From: an uncultured virus (IMG/VR IMGVR_UViG_3300009119_000001)
Lineage: Duplodnaviria > Heunggongvirae > Uroviricota > Caudoviricetes
Reading direction: 5' to 3' (one strand)
IMG/VR virus record: IMGVR_UViG_3300009119_000001
Span: 1 to 63,018 of that record
Length of the DNA stretch: 63,018 nucleotides
Below the pieces are notes generated by a model. The model was not told the DNA's origin and made no database searches. It saw only the letters and a list, made by a program, of their open reading frames with translations. The translations under genes and the position numbers were made by a program. Below, in pieces: positions 46,679 to 56,000 of the stretch. The first letter of the stretch is position 1, and every line of letters starts with the position of its first letter.

Positions 46679-48226
46679 ATGCAGATTATAGAAAACAAAG
46701 CACTGCTATTAAAAGTCCGAGATCCACATAAAATAACCGCGGTCATTCCTAAGAGTAAGTTACTCGACACAGGGGAAGTGCTGGTTAAGTGGGGGCTGGA
46801 AGAAGCGCAAGTATTAAAGAATTTACGGTACAAAAATATACCTAGTCCTATTCTGGGGCACTACAACTGGCCGGGGATGTACAAACCCTTTAGCCATCAG
46901 AAGACTACAGCATCGTTCTTAACCCTGCACCGTAAGGCATTCTGCTTTAGTGAGATGGGTACAGGTAAAACTGGCAGTGTGATATGGGCTGCGGACTACC
47001 TAATGAATATCGGTGCGATCAAACGTGTTTTGGTGTTGTGCCCACTATCTATCATGCAGTCGGCATGGCAGAACGACGTTTTTAAATTTGCCCTGCATAG
47101 AACCTGTGTGGTGGCTCATAGCTACTCAAAAGAGAAACGAATTAAGGCAGTAAAGAGCGGGGCAGATTTTGTTATATGTAACTTTGATGGGCTCGACATA
47201 ATTAAAGATGTTGTTAAAGAAGCGCAGTTTGATCTCATTGTAGTGGATGAAGCATCGAACTATAAAAACCCACAGACTAAACGTTGGAAAGTTCTACATG
47301 ATTTAGTTACACCAGAGACATGGTTGTGGATGCTTACTGGTACGCCGGCAGCACAATCGCCGGTAGATGCATATGGCTTAGCAAAGCTAGTCAATCCTAC
47401 GGCGGTGCCTAAATTCTTCGGTGGCTTTCGAGATATGGTTATGCAACGTATCTCACAGTTCAAATGGGTGCCGAGGCCTAGAGCAGAGAACATAGTGCAC
47501 CAAGCGCTTCAACCTGCTATTAGATACTCTAAAGAAGAGTGCTTAGACTTGCCAGAAGTTACTACGGTGTTCAGGGAAACGCCGCTATCCAAACAGCAAT
47601 TAAAGTACTACGAGATACTACGTAAACAAATGCTGACTACTGTAGCCGGAGAAGAAATATCTACGGTCAATAAAGCGACGAACCTAAACAAACTTTTGCA
47701 GCTTGCATGTGGGTCAGTATATTCGGATAGCGGGGAGGCCATATCGTTTGATTGTGGTGAGCGTATGTCTGCACTAAAAGAAGTTATTGAGGAGGCCAGC
47801 CACAAGGTCTTGATATTTGCGCCGTTCAAACATGTTATTCACCGGATCTCAGAGGAGCTAACTAATAGCGGAATATCCAACGACATAATTACCGGGGAAG
47901 TGTCGGCAACAAAGCGGACCTCGATCTTTGCAAAGTTTCAGGATACTTCTGAACCTCAAGTGTTAGTTATTCAACCTCAAGCTGCGGCACACGGGGTAAC
48001 ACTACATGCAGCCAACGTAATTGTGTGGTGGGGTCCAATCACTTCGATAGAAACTTATTTACAAGCAAACGCCCGCGTGCACCGAGCAGGGCAAAGGAAC
48101 CCAGTGACTGTAGTACATCTGCAGGGTAGTCCAGTAGAGACTAAAATCTACAAGATGTTAAGCGAGAAAATAGATGTTCACTCTCGTGTTGTTGATCTAT
48201 ATAAAACTTTGATAGAAGAAGGTTGA
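46679..48226 (+). CDS. SNF2-family helicase
   Basis: EMGTGKT, VVDEAS, LTGTP, GVTL, QANARVHRAGQ. Confidence 0.92.
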   Translation: MQIIENKALLLKVRDPHKITAVIPKSKLLDTGEVLVKWGLEEAQVLKNLRYKNIPSPILGHYNWPGMYKPFSHQKTTASFLTLHRKAFCFSEMGTGKTGSVIWAADYLMNIGAIKRVLVLCPLSIMQSAWQNDVFKFALHRTCVVAHSYSKEKRIKAVKSGADFVICNFDGLDIIKDVVKEAQFDLIVVDEASNYKNPQTKRWKVLHDLVTPETWLWMLTGTPAAQSPVDAYGLAKLVNPTAVPKFFGGFRDMVMQRISQFKWVPRPRAENIVHQALQPAIRYSKEECLDLPEVTTVFRETPLSKQQLKYYEILRKQMLTTVAGEEISTVNKATNLNKLLQLACGSVYSDSGEAISFDCGERMSALKEVIEEASHKVLIFAPFKHVIHRISEELTNSGISNDIITGEVSATKRTSIFAKFQDTSEPQVLVIQPQAAAHGVTLHAANVIVWWGPITSIETYLQANARVHRAGQRNPVTVVHLQGSPVETKIYKMLSEKIDVHSRVVDLYKTLIEEG

Positions 48227-48251
48227 CAATGTTAAGCTGTAAGAGTAAAGT
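48223..48251 (+). promoter_or_regulatory. probable sigma70 promoter
   Basis: TTGACA-N17-TAAAGT; the -35 lies within TTGACA-A-TGTTAA. Confidence 0.65.
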
Positions 48252-48281
48252 AGAATTTCACTAACGAGAAAGGAGACAGAA

Positions 48282-48671
48282 ATGTCTGAAGATGGCGGGG
48301 ATGTAACAAAAAAATTAGTTAAGATTTACACTAAGATTAGAGAAAAACGTAGAGCAATTGCCGAGGAGGATAAAGAACTGGAAAAACAGTTACAGACAAT
48401 CGGAGTAGAGTTGCTGGAAATCATGCGCAATATGGGAGTTGAAAGTATGCGTACTGAGTTTGGCACAGTTACTAAGCGGATAAGCAAACGGTTTACTACC
48501 AACGATTGGTATTCGTTTCACACCTTTGTTAAAGAACATGATGCCATAGACCTGATGGAGAAACGAATCAGTCAAGGTAACATGGAGCAATTTTTAGAAG
48601 ACCACCCCGACCTACATCCACCGGGATTAAACGTGGATAGAACTTATACAGCAGTTATTACAAAACGATAG
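48282..48671 (+). CDS. conserved replication-module protein
   Basis: Y.KIR coiled coil, S.RT.FGT, DW..F..FV, LMEKRISQ, PPGLN. Confidence 0.65.
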   Translation: MSEDGGDVTKKLVKIYTKIREKRRAIAEEDKELEKQLQTIGVELLEIMRNMGVESMRTEFGTVTKRISKRFTTNDWYSFHTFVKEHDAIDLMEKRISQGNMEQFLEDHPDLHPPGLNVDRTYTAVITKR

Positions 48672-48679
48672 GAACTAAT

Positions 48680-49618
48680 ATGTCTACAGAAATCACATTA
48701 GCCAGCATGCCATTACCGGCGCACTTACGCTCAATCGAGCTAGATGCAACTACAAAAGCGTTGATGGGCGGCGATAACCTAAGCTCACACCGTATCTCTA
48801 TTCGCGGTCGTGTATTCCGTATGGTTGCAAATGGTAAAGAAGTTGCAGCAAGCGAGTCTAACTCAATGAACGTTATTATTGTCGCAGCGGCAGAGAACAT
48901 TGCACGTACATTCTACGCCGGACAGTACGACCCTAGTAAGGAAGCTTCACCTCCAGATTGCCAATCACCAGATGGCATTACACCAGATCCAAAGTCACCT
49001 AACATCCAAGCCGACAAGTGCGCTAGTTGCCCACAAAACATCGGTGGGTCAGGCCAGAATGGATCCCGTGCATGCCGTTACCGCCAACGTATTGCATTGC
49101 TTTTAGAGAACGACCCACGCGGTGATGTGTATCAACTAGATCTATCAGCAACATCTATTTTCGGTGATGCAGATAACGGACGTATGCCATTGCAAGCTTA
49201 CGGTAGATTCTTGGGCTCTCAAGGCGTACCTGTATCAGCAGTAGTTACAGAGATGAAATTCGACATTAATGCTGATACCCCAAAACTTACATTTAAAGCT
49301 GTGCGCTATTTAGAGAACGATGAGTTCATGAACGCCATGGAAAAAGGTAAGTCAGAAGAAGCCAAACGTGCGATTACTATTACAGTAGCCCCACCAAAAG
49401 CGGCTAAGCCTGCACTTGCAGCCCCAGCGGAACAGAATGAAGAGTTCGCCCCTGAACCTGCACCGAAAGCAAAAGCGGCTAAACCCACGCCTCCAGCAGA
49501 CGAAGATGACATCCAAGAGCCTACTGTAGTTGCACATAAAAAAGAACCAGCAGTGGAAACTCCAGCCCCAAAAGCAGACGTGTCAAAGATCTTGAGCGAC
49601 TGGGATGACGAGGAGTAA
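48680..49618 (+). CDS. putative ssDNA-binding/annealing protein
   Basis: RISIRG..FR, PDC.S.DG..P, C..CPQN..GSG..RACR; low-complexity linker; acidic tail DWDDEE. Confidence 0.6.
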   Translation: MSTEITLASMPLPAHLRSIELDATTKALMGGDNLSSHRISIRGRVFRMVANGKEVAASESNSMNVIIVAAAENIARTFYAGQYDPSKEASPPDCQSPDGITPDPKSPNIQADKCASCPQNIGGSGQNGSRACRYRQRIALLLENDPRGDVYQLDLSATSIFGDADNGRMPLQAYGRFLGSQGVPVSAVVTEMKFDINADTPKLTFKAVRYLENDEFMNAMEKGKSEEAKRAITITVAPPKAAKPALAAPAEQNEEFAPEPAPKAKAAKPTPPADEDDIQEPTVVAHKKEPAVETPAPKADVSKILSDWDDEE

Positions 49619-49620
49619 CC

Positions 49621-49872
49621 ATGAAAGCTTCTTCTAAAGGCTATTCGACTGGATTTATAGACGCGGTTAACGCTGCGGACAACACAAAAGTAGGAGTACA
49701 ATTAGGGCTCGCTTGTATTACCTATGACGTTCCAGTTCTTAGTATAGCAAAACATTTTGATGTGTCTCGTACTACCGTCTATGCGTGGTTCAAAGGGGAG
49801 AGTAACGTTCCTAAGAAGCACCACGACGATATAAATAAAGTGCTACACGACTTACACGTAGCAAATAACTAG
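49621..49872 (+). CDS. HTH DNA-binding protein
   Basis: IAKHFDVSRTTVYAWFKG. Confidence 0.75.
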   Translation: MKASSKGYSTGFIDAVNAADNTKVGVQLGLACITYDVPVLSIAKHFDVSRTTVYAWFKGESNVPKKHHDDINKVLHDLHVANN

Positions 49873-49882
49873 AGCAACACGG

Positions 49883-49959
49883 GGGGCTAGGTTAGCTACC
49901 GAAGAGGCATTACCGTCATGCCCTGCCCCTTTTTTTCTTTGACGGCTGAGGACGGTATG
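49883..49959 (+). promoter_or_regulatory. structured cis-regulatory leader of the primase-helicase gene
   Basis: GGGGC/GCCCC closing stem followed by a T tract; GGCAT/ATGCC hairpin whose loop TACCGTC is complementary to GACGGTA at the start codon. Confidence 0.6.
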
Positions 49960-52806
49960 ATTACTCCAAAACAATTTTTAGAATCAGTACTGCCGGCGGG
50001 AGGCAAATACTTTCTATTCGGGATAAAACAAGGCGCTAGAGGTGCATCTAATTCGGTAAGGCAGTTGGGAGTAAATTCTGTAGACGAGTTGCTGGAAAAG
50101 TCTGCGGAGTTTGTGACTGGCGGTTATGATGCGTTCTTTGGTTTAGCTGCATTTCACACCCACAAAACTAGGATCGTTGCAAACGTAGATCAGTTAAAGT
50201 CATTCTATTTGGACATCGACTGCGGAGAAAATAAACCTTACGCAGACGCATCAGAAGGCTTAAAAGCACTGAGAAGGTTCTGTAAATCCGCACATGTTCC
50301 AAAGCCTACAGTAATATCATCGGGCCGGGGCTTGCATGCTTACTGGGTATTTACTGAACCTGTATCGTACCAAGAATGGATACCACATGCAGAAGCGTTT
50401 AAGAAATCTTGTGTGGCTAAGGGATTTAACATTGACCTGAGTGTTCCAGCAGATGCCGCCCGGGTACTACGCATTCCGGGTACTAAGCACCTAAAAGACC
50501 CAGAGAACCCACTTGATGTGGCTATTCTTATGGAGGGTGAAGTTAGGCCGTTTACTGAATATAAAGATCTTTTTCCTGTTATTTTTGACTCGTTGAGTAT
50601 TCCGGGAAAACGACTTAACTATACTTTGGACCCAACTACCCAGCGTTTGATGGGCAATAAAGAGCATTCTTTCAAAAAGATCATGCAGCTTAGCCTTAAA
50701 GATATGGGTTGTGGGCAGTTGAAGAATGCATATTTAAACCAAGCCACCATTAACTATGAACTGTGGCGGGCTGCACTTTCAATCGCTGACAAATGTGTTG
50801 ACCGAGAAGATGCAGTAATCAAAATATCGCAACGCCACCCGGACTATAACCGGGATACGGCATTAGAAAAAGCTGCGGATTCTAAGCCTCATTATTGCGA
50901 GACGTTTAAGCGACTGAACCCTGCAGGGTGTGAGGGATGCCAAATGAAGGTATCAACCCCACTACATATACACACTAGAATTGTGGAGGCCTCACCTGAA
51001 GAAAACGTAGTTGTGCAAGAAGACAAAGAGACAAAGATCCCGCAGACACATGTTATACCCCAATTTCCGTTCCCATACATTAGGGGCAAACTAGGTGGTA
51101 TATACAAAAAAGCTGAGGATAGTGAAGAGAATGACGTATTGGTATATCCGTACGACTTCTACCCTACCAAGCGAATTAAAGACCCAGAACTAGGGCACAC
51201 AATTGTATTTAAACTACATCTGCCAAGAGATGGCGTAGTAGAGTTTATGATTCCGTTAGCATCTATCTTATCTAAAGATCGGTTCAGAGACGCTATCGCT
51301 ATGCACGGTATGGCAGTATTACCAAAACAGGTGGATTATCTTATGGCATACGTAACAAAATGGGTTGATCAACTAGCAACGTCATCAGAATTAGAACAAG
51401 CACGAGTACAATTTGGCTGGACTCCAGACAACGACGCAATTATCTTAGGCTCTGATGAGATCACTGCAACTGAAATTAAATATAGCCCCCCAACGTCACA
51501 GACCTTATCGTTTGTTCCTATGTACCGGGCTAAAGGCAGCTTTGAGGAATGGAAGAACGTAGTTAATGTATATGGCAAACGTGGACACGAGCCTAGAGCC
51601 TTTGCATTCTTTATGGGCTTTGGATCTCTATTAGTACGTTTCTCGAAGGTTGAAGGGTTCGTACTGCACTTAATGAGTAACGGCTCAGGTTCAGGCAAGT
51701 CAACGATATTGCACGCGATTGCAAGTATATACGGCAATCCAAAACCACAGATCGTAAATGCAAAAGACACCTACAACGCTAAGATGCAAATCATGGGTAC
51801 CTTGCATAACCTGCCGGCACTGTACGACGAGATCACAAACATGACTCAAATAGAGAAGTCAGACATCGTCTACCAAGCAACACAAGGCCGGGCTAAGCAC
51901 AAGGCAAAAGCGCATGAGAGCGGCATTAGAGTCAATACAACATCATGGGAAACTGCACTGATCAGTACAGGTAACAGTTCTTTGGTGGATGATATGCTTG
52001 CACTGAAAGCTATCCCTGATGGAGAGTTGAACCGATTGTTAGAGTTATTCATTGAGAAAGATACTGACGGTGATCCTGAATGGTCTCGTGAGCACTTCGG
52101 TAAACTATACGACAACTACGGGCATGCTGCTAGACCGTTCTGCCAGTATTTAGTAGCTCACTTGGAAGAGGTATTAGATCTAATGGCAAACGTGCGTAAG
52201 CGCATCGACAAACTGGCGGACACTCAGAACTCAGAACGTTATTGGTCAGCTATGGCAGGGGTTGCAATTACCGCAGGTATCATCTCACGCAAGTTAGGTT
52301 TGCACGATATTGATCACATTCCAGTCATGCACTATATAGTTAATCAGATCAAGGCATCTAGGACTACAGCTAAAAAGTACATTGCCGATCCCGGCGAGAG
52401 TGTTTCATCGTACCTGTACAGCCACTTGGATGAGATTGTTATTGCTAACGGCACTAAAGACAAACGTACGAACCTCGATACTCAAGCGATTCGTGAGCCA
52501 CGTGGTAGGGCGATGTCTGTTAGGTATGAGCCAGATACTAAGATGTTATACGTGTCATCGTCTGCATATAGGCAATATTGCCAGAAGCTTCAGATCAGTT
52601 TTGAAGAGTCTCTACGCCCACACCGTAAGTCAAAAGCCCTCGTGGCCGATGACAAGAAAAAACGTTTGGGTGCAGGCACGTCATTCAGTGGGATTAACCC
52701 AATCGCTGTTCTGCAGTTTGATGTCACTAAGCTTCCTAACTTTGATGAAAAGGCACTAGAGAATGTTGACAGTAATGGGGCTGCCGATACGGATAGAGTG
52801 GACTAA
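49957..52806 (+). other. primase-helicase (AEP/RepB-like primase plus DUF927 and P-loop helicase)
   Basis: LDIDC, SSGRGLHAYW, ARVLRIPGT, FGW, GSGSGKST, YDEITN. Confidence 0.88.
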
Positions 52807-52960
52807 GTTTCATCGGGGGACTTCTATTTTTATACCGTGTTTAAATAGGCCCCCGGTAGTTAGTTACATAATGAAGCGTACACAACGCCTAAAAATGGAT
52901 GTTTGCATTAAGTACGTGGTAGAAAACAAAGTTTACGGCTTGCGTGTGTGGCGAGTTTAG
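52763..52960 (+). CDS. small hypothetical protein
   Basis: W.KF..G.SIFIPC...YGLRVWR. Confidence 0.6.
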   Translation: MLTVMGLPIRIEWTKFHRGTSIFIPCLNRPPVVSYIMKRTQRLKMDVCIKYVVENKVYGLRVWRV

Positions 52961-52973
52961 TATACGATTTGGC

Positions 52974-53038
52974 CTAGTGACTCCCCGTCACTAGTTTACT
53001 CTCGCTTTTCCTCAACCCCACTTCAGTGGGGTCTTTTT
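52974..53038 (+). ncRNA. candidate small RNA of about 65 nt
   Basis: Upstream TTGCGT-N17-TACGAT; 8-bp hairpin; CU-rich linker; terminator hairpin. Confidence 0.45.
53015..53038 (+). terminator. rho-independent terminator at the convergence of the two genome arms
   Basis: ACCCCACT-TC-AGTGGGGT-C-TTTTT. Confidence 0.8.
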
Positions 53039-56000
53039 TATGAGCCGTATTCTGTAGTTAGATACTGTTTCATTCTAGGGTTTAGATGCACTCCATCTAC
53101 TGAATCTTTCATAGCGTTGTTTCTAGCAGCTTCAGATCGCTTTTTAGTGCTCTCATCAATACGTAGGCCTTGTTCCGGATGCTTCGCATTGAACGTTGTG
53201 ATCTTCTCGTTTATATCCACCACACCTTCGTAATCCCCATTAGTTTTTGCCAGATATAAGGCATCTAACAAAGCTCCCCGACGATCAGTGATACTTTTTT
53301 CTGCTTCTTTCATAGCCCCAGCGCGAGCATAGGCCTCGCTTAAATCTGCCGGAGTAAACCCGAATATCTGCATCATGACGTTGTAGGAACTTATGTCGTC
53401 AACGATAGGAACACCTTTAGAATTTAACGCTCCTTCAGAAGCATACCGAACCCCTTTCATACCGTTCTTAACAAACGAAGGCATTAAGGATTCAACTGCG
53501 CGTTCTGTCTGCCCTTTTTTGAACTGATCATATGCACGACCTGCATTCATAAACGCGGAGTACGCTGGGCCCATTAAGTGTTCGATTGTGTAAACTACTG
53601 GGCCAACTTCTGCCAGTCTTCGTGGGTCATCTCTCCAAACCATTCCGTTGAAACCAGTTCTAGAAGCGATGTCTACGTTGAACAGCTGGTTGACTGGACC
53701 TTTATATCCTAAGTCACCTATGGATTCTCGAACAGACTCTGCCATATCAAATGGCTCGTCATCATCCCCTAACACTGCATTAAACATAGACGCTATAACT
53801 TCTGCGGCGCCGTACAGAGGCATGCCCTGAACACCTGAGAACATGTAAGCTGCACCGAAGATACCACTCAATTGTTTTCTTGCAACTGATCGAACCTCAG
53901 CGGACTCTCCTTTTAATGCCTGACGGGATAGCATACCCAGTAGGGCAATCTGCGCTTGCGCAAATCTCTTAAAAGTAAACATAACCTTGCCGATATTGTT
54001 CTGGAAAAACCTAGGACCTGCATCAGCTAGTGCATGGCTGTGCACTGAGGTATTTATCCTGAACGCTTCTTCAATAGCTTCTTGTTTAGACATGCCTGAT
54101 TTTCTAGCTAGGTCGTAGGTGGCGATTAAAGTAACTTCACGGTTAAAACGCTCTGAGTTCTGGAACAAGTATCCGAGAGTATGTTCAACTTTTGCTTTTA
54201 CCCCTGTGTAGTCTTCCGCTTGCACTTTGCGCATCTCAGTCAGGTCATACCCAACACCCCGGCGGATAGCTGAACGGTCTACGGCCTGCTTATAAAGATC
54301 TGCATACTCGCCTATGGCATTAGCCCCAAAGGTCCAATCAGCTAAGTAGTCTGAGTTGTTGTCTTTACCGCCTTTGAAATACATGCCCATAGCTTTAGTC
54401 ATTGCATTGAAGGTGTCATTCCAACCATACTTGCCGCCTAGTACGCTATACACAACGATTGGCAATTGAGACAAGTTAACTACTGCAGATGAGATATTAC
54501 CGGTGATGTACCAGAAATAGCTGAAGTAAGATAAGTTAGATGCCCACGGTGCAGGGGTAGGATTCGCTAAGAACTGCTCCTGATCTTTTATGTTCTCATA
54601 GATGTCCCGGTTGAGCATAGTGCGTTCTGATTCATACACTTCTCGTACGCCGTTGATAGCGTTACCTATATCCTGTGCATATTCCAGATTAGATAGTTGG
54701 TGTGCCATACGGCTACCCACTGCAGCAAACCCTTGCACTACATCAACATCAAAACCTTTTTCGCCTTTACGTTGCTGGAAGTGCTGTTTTAATGACTCCG
54801 CAGGGAATAAAGATAAATAGGATTGGTAGATGTTGTTTATAACTGTGTCGTCTACTTTAGCCAACTGCAAGTCTTTAACAATCTCCGCCATAAATCCTGT
54901 AGGTGGTGCAGACTTATGGTCGATCTGATTGATCTGTGTGTACGGAGTTATTTGAGTGCCACCTGCCGCCTTAATGGCAGTTATCAGCTGATCTAGTTCT
55001 CGTTGGGATTCTCTAGCAAATACAACACGTTCCCCGTCTTTATCCATGAATGATACCCAGTACTCACCCTGACGCAACAAAGGCAGGTAGAACGGTATGC
55101 GGTTGGACTCGAACTTAGCTTTCATCTGTTCGACGAGGGTAAGTGATTCTCTGCCAGCTTTCTGAGGGATAGACTCAGTCACAAACTTAATGTACTTGTC
55201 GCCAAATTCCTGATACTTGTTAGCTAGCTTGAGTGCATAGTCCTGCAAATCTTTAGGAAGCGCTTTGAACTGTTTCACTGCCGGCTGAGTTGCATCTGTA
55301 GCTTTACGTGGATCAAGTTTTAGGCGTGTCAATTCCAGCGTGACGTTATTAAATTTAGACACCATCTCTGGAGATAACGACTTGATCAGCTTAGAACCTT
55401 CTCGTACGACCCGGGATACATCCTCCCGGTACTCAGTGCTTTTGGCGCCACGTTGCTCAAGTGCAACTAAAAGATTTTTTAAGGTAGGAAACTTATCCCC
55501 ATAAAGCTCGATCATGTTCGGCAGACTGAAGAACCCGAATGCACCTTTACGCAAGGAGTCTGGCACATTAGACATGGCGTTTTTTGCGCCATCAATTATC
55601 TTAGATGCTGGTTCTGGTACAGAATTACGTACGTCGTCAACAATGCTAAGTTCATTGCTCATCCGATCTTTTACTTGGTTCGCAACTTGTTTAGGTGATT
55701 CCTTCTTTTCCTGTTTTAGTCTTGCATTTAATGCATTTGCAAGATCTTTTTTATTTACAGTACGGAATATGTTTTCACCTAGTTCAGCCCGAATTCGTGC
55801 GGTAGCGTCTTTAACAGATCTGATACCTTCAGTAACAAGAGCGTCAATCAACTGCACTAGGGCCTTCATTACATCGGCCGGGGTCTCTTCAACTGCAAAC
55901 GCACGACCATATTTACCGATAGCTTTATCAATTTCAGACATGAGGATCTGCGCTGCCTCTTTTACAGACATAGCTTTACTCAGCTTAATATCTTTTTTGC

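Noticed and set aside
52970-53040. tRNA at the convergence point
   Set aside because: No cloverleaf, T-loop GTTC or CCA arrangement; only two hairpins
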